From: Candidatus Limnocylindria bacterium
Lineage (GTDB): Bacteria > Chloroflexota > Limnocylindria > QHBO01
Assembly (NCBI GenBank): GCA_036556325.1
Contig: DATBJR010000113.1
Span: 1-58,892 of the forward strand
Direction: 5' to 3'
Length of the DNA stretch: 58,892 bases
Of this stretch, positions 8,864 through 20,787 are shown one piece after another. The notes beneath the pieces are model-generated. The model was given only the letters and a program-made list of their open reading frames with translations, did not search any database and was not told the origin of the DNA. The position numbers were made by a program, and so were the translations under genes. Positions within the stretch are counted from its first letter, which is position 1. Each line of letters begins with the position of its first letter.

Positions 8864-8888
8864 CGGTCAGTCCTTCACAAACGCGCCT

Positions 8889-9134
8889 TCAGCGCTGCTT
8901 CTCGACGATGATCTCGTCGTAGCCCTCGCGGGTCTCGATGCCGACCAGCCGATGGCCGGCCTTCTCGACCCACTTGGGGATGTCCAGCCGCGAGCCGGCA
9001 TCCGTGGACCACACGGCCAGGACGTCACCGACCTGGCCCTCCCGAATCCCGCGGATGAGCTCCATCAACGGACCAGGGCAATACGAGCCGCGGGCATCGA
9101 TCGTCCGCGTCACGGGGACCTCGATCACCTGCAT
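8889..9134 (-). CDS. TusA-like sulfurtransferase (sulfur carrier)
   Basis: This 81-aa protein has the DARGSYCPGPL motif (the TusA Cys-Pro-x-Pro signature). Confidence 0.8.
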   Translation of the reverse strand: MQVIEVPVTRTIDARGSYCPGPLMELIRGIREGQVGDVLAVWSTDAGSRLDIPKWVEKAGHRLVGIETREGYDEIIVEKQR

Positions 9135-9164
9135 GATCGACCCTTCCTTTCAGTCACATCTCGA

Positions 9165-9752
9165 TCAGATGAAGAGGGGTGTCGCGCCGCTGGCGATGAT
9201 CTCGAGCACCGTCGCCACGCCGACCGGCTCCTCGACTCCGTCGATCAGGTCCTCGCGCCGAATCCCCATCATGTCCATGCTCATCTGGCACGGAATGAGG
9301 TGGACGCCCATGGCCTGAGCCATCTCGAGCAGCTCTCGCGGCTCGGCGACGCCGTTCTTCTTGGCGAGCTTCTTCATCATCCACGGGCCCATGCCCAGGA
9401 AGTTGAACTTGCTGGTCTTGGCGTGGTCGATGCCCGGCCGGTTCATGACGGCCAGCATCCGCTGCATCCAGTTGGTGCCGGTGATCCGGACGCCGGGCTT
9501 CACCAGCGGGAAGAAGCCCCAGAAGGTGAAGAAGACGTTCACGTTCCAGCCGCTGGCCGCGGCGCCCGATGCCAGGATGGTGGTCGCCCACATCCGCTCC
9601 AGGTCACCGCTCTCGCAGATGATCAGCAGCTCGTTGGTCTTGGCCGGGACCGCCGTGTCGGGCTCGGTCTCCACGAGCGTGTCGGGATCATCCAGGCCCT
9701 CGAGCAGCGAGGGCGGGAGCATGGCCCTGGGCGGGGTGATGGTTGCGGTCAT
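9165..9752 (-). CDS. DsrE/DsrF-like family protein (COG2210-type)
   Basis: The protein is 195 aa. It has the LLIICESGD and IPCQMSMD cysteine motifs and a C-terminal PLFI tail, resembling DsrE3-type proteins that pair with TusA. Confidence 0.65.
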   Translation of the reverse strand: MTATITPPRAMLPPSLLEGLDDPDTLVETEPDTAVPAKTNELLIICESGDLERMWATTILASGAAASGWNVNVFFTFWGFFPLVKPGVRITGTNWMQRMLAVMNRPGIDHAKTSKFNFLGMGPWMMKKLAKKNGVAEPRELLEMAQAMGVHLIPCQMSMDMMGIRREDLIDGVEEPVGVATVLEIIASGATPLFI

Positions 9753-9762
9753 CTCGATTGCC

Positions 9763-9999
9763 TCACTTTCGGATCAGCACGAAGCGGTACACGCCATCGG
9801 TCACGCTGCTGTTCAGCAGCCGATGGCCCGTCGTGCGGCTCCAGGCCGTGAAGTCCTTGACCGAGCCAGGGTCGGTGGCGAGCACCTCGACCAGGCTGCC
9901 GCTCGGCAGATCCTTCACGGCCATGGCGGTGCGAACGATCGGCAGGGGGCAGGAGAGGCCCCGGGCGTCGACGCGATGGGCGATTTCGGTGGATGTCAT
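9763..9999 (-). CDS. TusA-like sulfurtransferase (sulfur carrier)
   Basis: This 78-aa protein has the canonical VDARGLSCPLPIV motif. Confidence 0.8.
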   Translation of the reverse strand: MTSTEIAHRVDARGLSCPLPIVRTAMAVKDLPSGSLVEVLATDPGSVKDFTAWSRTTGHRLLNSSVTDGVYRFVLIRK

Positions 10000-10028
10000 C
10001 GGTTCGTGCCTCCGTTGGGCGATCGGTG

Positions 10029-10442
10029 TCAGATGAAGACCACCGGCCCTTCGCCGGCAGCCATCCAGAAGGCGGCCACCCCTTCCACACCGTCGACCAG
10101 GCGATCCAGGTCGTCGGGGGTGATGGCCAGCAGATCCATCGACAGTGAGCAGGCTTGGATATCCACCTCGCCAAGGTCCTTGGCGTCGCGCAGGATCTGG
10201 GACCAGTGCTGCTGGCCCGCAGCGTTCAGCGCGGTCACGGCGGCTCGCCCGGCTTCGCCGGCTTCGGCAGCCAGGCCGTGGTCGGCGGTGACGCGATCGG
10301 CGCGAAACGCGTCGAGCGCCCAGTACTGCAGGAAGATGTGCACCGGCCTGCCGAGCGCCGCCGCGCCGGCGGTCATCACCGCGGCCGACTGCAGCTTGTC
10401 GTCGGTGCCTGAGAAGAGCACGAGCGAAAGCGGCTGTTCCAT
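10029..10442 (-). CDS. DsrE/DsrF-like family protein (short form)
   Basis: I use the internal ATG at 10442 (MEQPLSLVLFSGTDDKL) of the 262-aa track ORF. The motif IQACSLSMD parallels IPCQMSMD of the 195-aa paralogue, and the C-terminus is VVFI. Confidence 0.6.
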   Translation of the reverse strand: MEQPLSLVLFSGTDDKLQSAAVMTAGAAALGRPVHIFLQYWALDAFRADRVTADHGLAAEAGEAGRAAVTALNAAGQQHWSQILRDAKDLGEVDIQACSLSMDLLAITPDDLDRLVDGVEGVAAFWMAAGEGPVVFI

Positions 10443-10444
10443 CC

Positions 10445-10798
10445 CTAGCTCCTGACTGGAAGCGGAGCTTCCATGCGTGCCGGGCCCGCCCCGATCGAGG
10501 CGGTGGCCAGGCTCATCAAGCGTCGCTGCATCGCCTGCCGCATCAGCGCGCAGGCGCGGATCACGTCCGGGTCGGCCAGGCGATAGCGGATCTCGCGACC
10601 CTGGCGCTCGGCGATGACGAGCCCACTGGCGCGCATCAGCGCCAGGTGCTGCGACACGTTTGGCTGGCTCAGCCCAAGCCGATGCGCCAGCTGGCCCACG
10701 TTCGACGGCGCCACCGCCAGCGCGTGCAGGATCTCCAGGCGTCGCGGGTGGGCGAGCGTCCGCAGCGTGTCGGCCTGCAGCTCGTAGAGTCGATCCAT
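10445..10798 (-). CDS. ArsR/SmtB family transcriptional regulator
   Basis: LRTLAHPRRLEILHAL plus VGQLAHRLGLSQPNVSQHLALMRASGLV form a winged-HTH signature. I prefer the start at 10798 (MDRLYEL) over the ATG at 10831 because the 11 extra codons have poor GC3. The stop lies 2 nt before the DsrE-like start. Confidence 0.85.
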   Translation of the reverse strand: MDRLYELQADTLRTLAHPRRLEILHALAVAPSNVGQLAHRLGLSQPNVSQHLALMRASGLVIAERQGREIRYRLADPDVIRACALMRQAMQRRLMSLATASIGAGPARMEAPLPVRS

Positions 10799-10893
10799 GG
10801 CCCAAGCCTGCGCACATGCAGAGATGCGCATCAGTGCCGAGGGTCGTGCCCGGCCGAGCCGAATGGCCCGCCCGGGCAGGGACAGTCAGCGCG

Positions 10894-12573
10894 TCAGGCC
10901 TGCTCCACGCTCAGCGGCAGCCAGATGGTGAAGGTGGATCCGTGACCCAGCCGGCTCTGCACCTGGATCCGGCCACCCATCAGCTCGACCAGGGTGCGCG
11001 AGCCGGAGAGGCCCAGCCCGGTGCCCGCCACGCTGCCGGTGTTCGTCCCACGGAACATGGGGGTGAAGATGCGCGGGATCTCCCTGGGCGCGATGCCGAT
11101 GCCATGGTCGGTGACCGCCACGCTGCCGTGCGTCCCGTCCGCGGTGATCTTCACGTCAATCGACCCGCCGTCGGGGCTGTACTTGATGGCGTTGCCCAAG
11201 AGGTTGTCCAGCACACGGCCGAGCCGCGAGGCGTCCCAGTTGCCGGTCACCTCGGAGACGTTGGCGCTGACCTTGAAGGCGTGCCGTTCGTCGGCGGAGC
11301 TGGCGTGCTCGCGAACGCGCTCGTTGACCAGCGCCACCAGGTCGGTGGGCTCCAGCTGCAGCGGGACCTTGCGCCCGCCGCGCAGCAGGCTGACGTCCAT
11401 GAGCTCCGAGACGAGCCCGGTGAGCCGGTTTGCGCTCTCGTCGATGTCGGTCAGCCAGCGGTGCAGCGGCGCGACGTCGGCGGGGTCGTTGCCGAGGTGG
11501 CGCAGCGCCAGCTGCGCGTAGCCGCGGACGGCGGCGAGTGGGGTCCGCATGTCGTGCGAGGCGATGGCCAGGAACTCGTCCCGTTGCCGAAGCGCCTCGT
11601 TGGCCTCTGACATGAGCTTCGCCGCATCGATGGCGCTGCCCGCCCGGCGGCCCAGCTCCTTGACGAGCGCGATCTCCTCGAGCGTGAACGGATCGGCCGT
11701 GCGGCCGTTCGCCACCGACAGCGCCCCCAGCACACGCCCGCGCGCGGTCAGCGGCACGATCAGGACCTCCCGCAGATCGAGCTGGCGGATGAGCGCCAGC
11801 TGTTCCGGGTCGCGGGCCACGTCCTGGAGCATCTCGTCGGTGACCTCGGTGTGCAACGGGGTGCCGGTGTCGATCACCTGGCGTGCGGCACTCGGACTGG
11901 CAGGATCCGGAGGCCATCGGCGTTGGATCTCCTCGGCCAGCGCCATGCCGGCGGGATCGGCGTGCGCCAGGGCGACCCGGTGGACCTGGTCCATGTCTTC
12001 GAGCACGTCGACCGCGCACCAGTCGGCCAGTGCCGGCACGGAAAGGTTCGCGATCCGGGTCAGCGTCTCGTTGTAGTCGAGCGATTCGCCGAGCGCCGCG
12101 CTCGCCTCGGACAGGAAGGCCAGGCGCAGCTCGACCTGCTTGATGGCGGTGATGTCCTGGAACGAGGTCACCACCAGGTCCCGGTCGGGCGTCTCACCGG
12201 GCAGCAGCCGCGCGCGGACCATCGACCAGCGGTCGCGCAGCGAGCCCTTGCTGCGGAACCGGACGACCATCTCGGGAGCCGGATCGCCCTCGAAGGCTCG
12301 GCGCGTGGGAAGCGTGCTCAGGTCGAGCGAGCGGCCGCCTTCATCGAGCAAGTCAAAGCCGCCGGTCACCGCTGGCGAGGGCTGGCCGATGAGCTCCGAT
12401 GCGTCGGTGCGGCCCATGAGGGCGGCCGCCGCAGCGTTGGCGAAGATGATCGTGCCTGACCGATCCAGCACCGTCACCCCGTCGGCGATGGTGCCGAAGA
12501 TGGCCGGCAGCTGGTGCTCCAGCTCGGCGTACGGATCGCGTTCCGTCCGCGCCGGTTCGGTCAATGGCGGCAC
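10894..12573 (-). CDS. PAS-GAF sensor histidine kinase (HisKA/HATPase_c)
   Basis: A PAS domain (GVTVLDRSGTIIFANAAAAALMG) and a GAF region are followed by the H-box FLAIASHDMRTPL, the N-box LGNAIKYS and the G-boxes DHGIGI / GTGLGL. The start is set at GTG 12573 (or TTG 12564), just overlapping the upstream receiver gene. The first 70 codons of the track ORF overlap that gene and look non-coding. Confidence 0.85.
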   Translation of the reverse strand: MPPLTEPARTERDPYAELEHQLPAIFGTIADGVTVLDRSGTIIFANAAAAALMGRTDASELIGQPSPAVTGGFDLLDEGGRSLDLSTLPTRRAFEGDPAPEMVVRFRSKGSLRDRWSMVRARLLPGETPDRDLVVTSFQDITAIKQVELRLAFLSEASAALGESLDYNETLTRIANLSVPALADWCAVDVLEDMDQVHRVALAHADPAGMALAEEIQRRWPPDPASPSAARQVIDTGTPLHTEVTDEMLQDVARDPEQLALIRQLDLREVLIVPLTARGRVLGALSVANGRTADPFTLEEIALVKELGRRAGSAIDAAKLMSEANEALRQRDEFLAIASHDMRTPLAAVRGYAQLALRHLGNDPADVAPLHRWLTDIDESANRLTGLVSELMDVSLLRGGRKVPLQLEPTDLVALVNERVREHASSADERHAFKVSANVSEVTGNWDASRLGRVLDNLLGNAIKYSPDGGSIDVKITADGTHGSVAVTDHGIGIAPREIPRIFTPMFRGTNTGSVAGTGLGLSGSRTLVELMGGRIQVQSRLGHGSTFTIWLPLSVEQA

Positions 12574-12977
12574 AGCGTCCGCGTCTGGTCGTCCAGCCGC
12601 GCCAGGTCGAACGGCTTCTGGAGCCAACCATCTGCGCCGATCTCGGCAGCCTCCTGATCGATCCGAAAGTGCGCGGCGACGACCACGACCTTGACCGCGC
12701 GGTATCGCTCGTCGGCCCGCAGCCGCCGGCTGAACTCCCACCCGTCCATGCCCGGCATCCGGAGATCCAGGAAGACCACGCACGGACGCCAGCCGTTGGA
12801 CAAGGCGTCGAGCCCTGCGGCGCCGTCCGACGCGCTACGGACGTCATGTCCGAAGCCCCGCAGCGCACCCGCATAGATCTCGCGGAGCGCCGGGTCATCT
12901 TCAACTACCAGGACACGGTGCTCGTCAGGATCCACGCGCGGCTCACTAGCTGCACCATCGGCGGAGGACGTCTGCAC
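12561..12977 (-). CDS. single-domain response regulator (CheY-like receiver)
   Basis: HRVLVVEDDP, VVFLDLRMPGMDG and WLQKPF are receiver signatures, and there is no output domain. The start is uncertain: I chose GTG 12977, while the track start at 13052 would lie only 12 nt from the tRNA 3' end. Confidence 0.75.
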   Translation of the reverse strand: MQTSSADGAASEPRVDPDEHRVLVVEDDPALREIYAGALRGFGHDVRSASDGAAGLDALSNGWRPCVVFLDLRMPGMDGWEFSRRLRADERYRAVKVVVVAAHFRIDQEAAEIGADGWLQKPFDLARLDDQTRTLCRH

Positions 12978-13063
12978 CGCCGACCGGTGTGAGCCGCCGG
13001 TGCTGCACGAATCATGCCGTCGCAGGCGAGCAAGCGCTTGCCGGATCCACACGTCGGTCGAAT

Positions 13064-13138
13064 TGGCTGGGGCGGAAGGATTCGAACCTTCGATCTCCTG
13101 ATCCAGAGTCAGGCGCCTTACCGCTTGGCCACACCCCA
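13064..13138 (-). tRNA. tRNA-Gln (anticodon CUG), CCA encoded
   Basis: The reverse complement reads UGGGGUGUGGCCAAGCGGUAAGGCGCCUGACUCUGGAUCAGGAGAUCGAAGGUUCGAAUCCUUCCGCCCCAGCCA. It folds as a cloverleaf with a 7-bp acceptor (UGGGGUG/CGCCCCA), the anticodon stem CCUGA/UCAGG, the loop CUCUGGA and the T-arm GAAGG-UUCGAAU-CCUUC. It closely resembles known tRNA-Gln sequences. Confidence 0.9.
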
Positions 13139-13151
13139 GCGAGGCCGCTCG

Positions 13152-13157
13152 ATTTTA
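13152..13157 (-). promoter_or_regulatory. candidate -10 hexamer (TAAAAT) for the tRNA-Gln gene
   Basis: On the minus strand, TAAAAT ends 13 nt upstream of the mature tRNA 5' end. No convincing -35 element was seen. Confidence 0.3.
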
Positions 13158-13280
13158 CCAGCCCGATGCGACCGCCTCCGTCCCGGGCCACCGGCGAAGG
13201 GACTGGCGGTGCGTGCGCGCACTGACCCGGCAGGCTGCCCCCCGGCCGCCGTTGGTACACGCTCGCAATAGCCCGGTCGG

Positions 13281-13691
13281 ATGCTGTTCGGGCTGCGCGG
13301 GCCGGCATACCGTGCGCTCGTGGTACAGACCGTTCAATCCAAGGACTGGCGGCGATACGGCTTCGGCGGCCCGCCGGAGCCGTGGACCCACGATGCCCAC
13401 CGGGACCTCGATCGGCTCACGACGAGCTACTACCTGGAGATCCTGGAAGCGCGTCGGGAGCTGCTGGCCTCGGATCCCGATCCTGAGCTGAAGCACCGGA
13501 TCGAGGAGCTGTTCATGACCGCCACCCGGCACAAGCACGAGATCGACTACACGCTGCGCCACTGGGCCACGCCGGTGGAGCGGGCGCGGGTCAGTGATCG
13601 GCTCGGGTCGCTGATGCGCATCAGCCGGCGCCTGAAGTCCATGATCAATCCCCGTGGCGACGGAGACGACTACCTGCCCGACGCGGCCTGA
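13281..13691 (+). CDS. hypothetical protein (no recognisable family)
   Basis: This 136-aa ORF has consistently G/C third positions after about codon 20 and a non-repetitive, charged helical-looking sequence (LEILEARRELLASDPDPELKHRIEELF). The overlapping 204-aa minus-strand ORF looks like an antisense artefact. The start is uncertain. Confidence 0.4.
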   Translation: MLFGLRGPAYRALVVQTVQSKDWRRYGFGGPPEPWTHDAHRDLDRLTTSYYLEILEARRELLASDPDPELKHRIEELFMTATRHKHEIDYTLRHWATPVERARVSDRLGSLMRISRRLKSMINPRGDGDDYLPDAA

Positions 13692-13792
13692 CTCCGACGC
13701 CACAACGCTGGCTTTCACTGAGCGCGTGGCCGGGCGCGCGAGCAGCTTGTGCCCATCGCCGCGCGGCACCCTGCCCGTATGCTGGCCGCTCC

Positions 13793-14770
13793 ATGGCCCG
13801 CTTCCCGACCGTTGCTGACGTCCTGGCGGCTGCGCAGCGCCTCCGCGGCGTGGCCGTGCACACGCCGCTCGAGCCGTCCCCCAGGCTCGCCGATGAGAGC
13901 GGCGCCGCCGAGGTCCGGCTGAAGCTGGAGCTGCTCCAGCCCACCGGCGCCTTCAAGCTGCGTGGCGCCGAGAACAAAGTGGCGCTGCTGGCGTCGGAGG
14001 ATGGAAGGCAACGGCTGGTGGCGGCGTCGACCGGCAACCACGGCATCGCCGTCGCGGCCGCCGCGGCACGGCACGGCATGCGCCTCACCGTGCTGGTGCC
14101 CGCCTCCGTCTCACCGGCCAAGCTGGAGCGGCTGCGGGCCCTGGAGTCGGACAGCATCCTGATCGAGGTCTTCGGCCGCGACCCGGATGACGTGGAGGCG
14201 GAGGCACGGCGACGAGAGAACGAGGGGATCGCGACCTACGTCGCACCGTACAACGACGCCGACGTCGTGGCCGGGGCAGGCACGGTCGGGCTGGAGATCA
14301 CCGAGGACTGGCCCGCCTGCGATGCGATCGTCGTGCCCGTCGGCGGGGCGGGCCTGATCTCGGGCATCGGGCTGTGGGCCAAGGCGGTCCGCCCGGGCCT
14401 GCGCCTGGTCGGGGTCCAGCCGGCCGCTTCACCACCCCTGTACGCCTACTTCGAGTCGGACTCTCAGAAGCCGATGCCCATCGCCCCGACGCTGGCGGAC
14501 GGCGTTGCCGGCAACATCGAGCGCGGCAGCATCACCTGGAAGATGGCCCGACAGCTCGTCGACGAGGTGGTGCTGGTCGACGAGGCAGGCATCGCCGACG
14601 CCATGCGCTGGCTGGCCGATATCCACCACCTCATCGTGGAGGGCAGCGGCGCGCTGGGCGTGGCGGCGCTGCGGGCACAGCCCGCGGGGCTGGCAGAGCG
14701 GCGGGTGGCGGTGGTGCTCACCGGCCGCAACGTCGACGTGGAGACCTACCGCGGCGTGCTCGACGGATGA
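13793..14770 (+). CDS. threonine/serine dehydratase family PLP enzyme (no regulatory domain)
   Basis: LQPTGAFKLRGA carries the PLP lysine, and STGNHGIAVA and the GGAGLISG glycine loop are present. At 325 aa the protein consists of the catalytic domain only. Confidence 0.85.
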   Translation: MARFPTVADVLAAAQRLRGVAVHTPLEPSPRLADESGAAEVRLKLELLQPTGAFKLRGAENKVALLASEDGRQRLVAASTGNHGIAVAAAAARHGMRLTVLVPASVSPAKLERLRALESDSILIEVFGRDPDDVEAEARRRENEGIATYVAPYNDADVVAGAGTVGLEITEDWPACDAIVVPVGGAGLISGIGLWAKAVRPGLRLVGVQPAASPPLYAYFESDSQKPMPIAPTLADGVAGNIERGSITWKMARQLVDEVVLVDEAGIADAMRWLADIHHLIVEGSGALGVAALRAQPAGLAERRVAVVLTGRNVDVETYRGVLDG

Positions 14771-16443
14771 CGCTGCTGGCCGCTCGCGGCATCACGAAGG
14801 CCTTCGGCGGGCGCGAGATCCTGCGCGGCGTGGACCTGGAGCTGCCCGAGGGAGCGCGGCTGGGCCTGGTCGGGCCCAACGGCTCCGGCAAGTCCACGCT
14901 GCTGCGCATCGTCATGGGCCTGGAGGAGGCCGACGCCGGCCAGATCACCCGCCGGCGCGGGCTGCGGCTGGCGATGCTGGCCCAGCACCCGCTCGGCGAC
15001 GAGCGCACGGCGGCTGGCACGCTGCACGATGCGCGGGTCGACCTCCGCGAGATCGACGCCGGCCTGGCGGCGTGCAACGAGCGGCTGGCCGATCCAGCGG
15101 TCTACACCGACGTGACACGGATGGAGGAGGTCCTCGCCGAACAGGCACGGCTACTCGATCGCTACGAGCAGGCCGGGGGTCCGGCCTTCGAGGGCCGGCT
15201 GCGAGCGATGCTGAACGAGATCGGGCTGGAGGAGCGGGAGCTGGAGCTGCCGACCCGGGTGCTGTCGGGTGGGCAGCGCAAGCTCATCGGCCTGGCGGCG
15301 GCGATCATCCAGGACCCCCAGCTGCTGTTGCTCGACGAGCCGGAGGCGCACCTGGACCTGGAGGGGCGCGAGCGGCTGCAGGCGTTGATGCAGGGATTCG
15401 GCGGCGGGTTCCTGGCGGTCAGCCACGATCGCTACCTGCTGGACGAGACGGTCACCGACATCGCCTCGCTGGACGCGGGCACGGTCCGCGTCTGGCCCGG
15501 CAACTACACCGCCTACGCCGTGGCCCGCGAGCTCGAGCTGAAACGCCAGCAGGAGCGCTACCTCGCCCAGCACAAGGAGATCGAGCGCCTGGAAGAGGCG
15601 GCGCGGCGCCTGATCCAGTGGGCGCGGGCGGTTCCGGCCAGCCAGTCGAACACCGGGCTGATGAACGCCGCACGCAATGCGCTGCGCCGGGTCGAGCGGA
15701 TGGACAAGGTCGACCGACCGGTGCTGGAGCGGCGCCGCATCGGCCTGGAGCTGCATCCGCACCAGCGAGGCGGCAAGCGCGCGGCCGAGCTGCGGGACCT
15801 GGCGGTGGCCTTCGGCGAGCACCCGGTGCTGCTGGGGGTGGAGCTGACCGTGCTGCATGGCGAGCGGATCGGCGTGGTCGGGCTGAACGGCGCCGGCAAG
15901 AGCGTGATGCTCAAGACCCTGGTCGGGGAGATCCCGCCGGCAGAGGGCGAGGTGTGGGTCGGCCCGTCGATCCGGATCGGCTACCTGGCGCAGGACCAGG
16001 ACACCCTGGACCCGGATGCCACGCCGCTGGCCACCCTGCGCGCCGCGCATCCCGGCACCGAGGAACAGTCGGTGTCGCGGCTCATGGCGTTCCTGTTCGA
16101 CTACGAGCAGGTGCGGCGGCCGATCCGCACGTAGTCCGGCGGCGAGCGCACGCGCCTCCAGCTCCTGCTGCTGATGCTCTCCGGCGCGAACCTGCTGGTC
16201 CTGGACGAGCCGACCAACCACCTGGACATCGAGTCGATCGAGACGCTGGAGGCGGCGATCGAGGCCTTCGAGGGCACCGCGATCTTCATCAGCCACGACC
16301 GCTATTTCCTGGACCGCATGGCGGATCGCATCGTGGAGGTGCGCGACGGCGAGGCACACCCCTACCTGGGCGGCTACAGCGACTGGCTGGCACGGCGCGA
16401 CCGGGCGCCGGCCCTTGCCGCCGGGGGTAGCATCGGCACATGA
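14767..16443 (+). pseudogene. ABC-F family ATPase interrupted by a single in-frame TAG (16132-16134)
   Basis: There are two ABC cassettes: Walker A GPNGSGKST and GLNGAGKSV, and the first signature LSGGQRKL. The reading frame of track ORF 14374-16134 continues in the same frame into ORF 16174-16443. The TAG sits exactly where the residue preceding SGGERTRL of the second signature motif should be. The start ATG at 14767 overlaps the upstream stop (ATGA). Confidence 0.8.
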
Positions 16444-17117
16444 CCGAAGGAGCTCCGCCCGAGCCGGAGTCGCCGGTTCCGGCTCCGCCTGCCGAACCAC
16501 GGGAGTCCCCCGCTGCTCCCACGCCGCCGCCGGCCGCGGCGGCCCCGCCGGCCGCGACACCTCCCTGGCCGGAGCGCCGCGGGACGTCCGGCACGGCGAT
16601 CCTGGGCCTGATCCTGATCGCGCTGGGCGGCATCTTCCTCATCGGCCAGTGGGCGGAGCTCGACTGGGGCGCGGCCACGTGGCCGTTCTACGTGATCCTG
16701 CCCGGCGTGGCGCTGGCCGCCATCGGCCTGACCCAGCGGCACGGTTCAGGGCTGACCATCGCCGGCAGCATCGTCACCATCGTGGGGCTGGTGCTGCTCT
16801 ACCAGAACGCCACGGATCACTGGGAGAGCTGGGCGTATGCCTGGGCCCTGGTCGGGCCTGGCGGCAGCGGCCTGGGCATGCTGCTGTACGGCGTGCGCAG
16901 CAGCAACGGCAAGATGGCGCGTGATGGGTTCTGGCAGATCGTGATCGCCATCGGCCTGTTCGTGGCCGGCTATCTCTTCTTCGAGGGCGTGATCGGCATC
17001 AGCGGACGACCGCTGCCGCTGCCCAGCTGGCTGCTGCCGGCCGTCATCATCGCGCTGGGGGTGGTGGTGCTCGTCCGCGGCGTGACATCGGGCAGGCCGA
17101 CCGAACCGTCGACCTGA
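16440..17117 (+). CDS. hypothetical membrane protein with a Pro/Ala-rich N-terminal tail
   Basis: The protein is 225 aa. The N-terminus PPEPESPVPAPPAEPRESPAAPTPPPAAAAPPAATPP is followed by about 5 hydrophobic segments. The ATG overlaps the ABC-F stop (ATGA). Confidence 0.6.
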   Translation: MTEGAPPEPESPVPAPPAEPRESPAAPTPPPAAAAPPAATPPWPERRGTSGTAILGLILIALGGIFLIGQWAELDWGAATWPFYVILPGVALAAIGLTQRHGSGLTIAGSIVTIVGLVLLYQNATDHWESWAYAWALVGPGGSGLGMLLYGVRSSNGKMARDGFWQIVIAIGLFVAGYLFFEGVIGISGRPLPLPSWLLPAVIIALGVVVLVRGVTSGRPTEPST

Positions 17118-17159
17118 CGATCTGACTCCGTCGCACCTGCCGCCTATCCTTAGCGGCAC

Positions 17160-20780
<3,621 letters not shown>

Positions 20781-20787
20781 TCACCGG

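Noticed and set aside
6569-8911. A 780-aa plus-strand ORF. Similar very long antisense ORFs occur at 22705-25518 (+), 17856-20159 (-), 29050-31209 (-), 46850-48466 (+), 54291-55589 (+) and 44670-46211 (-).
   Set aside because: They lie opposite well-supported genes and are extremely Arg/Gly/Pro/Ala-rich with no motifs. They are the expected stop-codon-poor shadow frames of a high-GC genome.
10799-10831. A longer ArsR start (ATG at 10831) adding an N-terminal Cys that could form a two-Cys persulfide switch.
   Set aside because: The 11 extra codons have atypically AT-ending third positions (tct, gca, tgt, gct). The shorter start gives a normal ArsR N-terminus. It is not excluded and is noted in the operon finding.
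13064-13280. The tRNA-Gln gene as an integration site for a genomic island.
   Set aside because: There is no integrase, recombinase or phage gene nearby. I found no direct repeat of the tRNA 3' end elsewhere in the window. Flanking genes have the same base composition by eye.
16132-16134. The TAG in the ABC-F gene as a pyrrolysine or otherwise recoded codon.
   Set aside because: There are no pyl genes and no recoding signals in the window, and other genes here terminate at TAG normally (for example thrC, the KAS and the bactofilin). A nonsense mutation or sequencing error is the simpler explanation.
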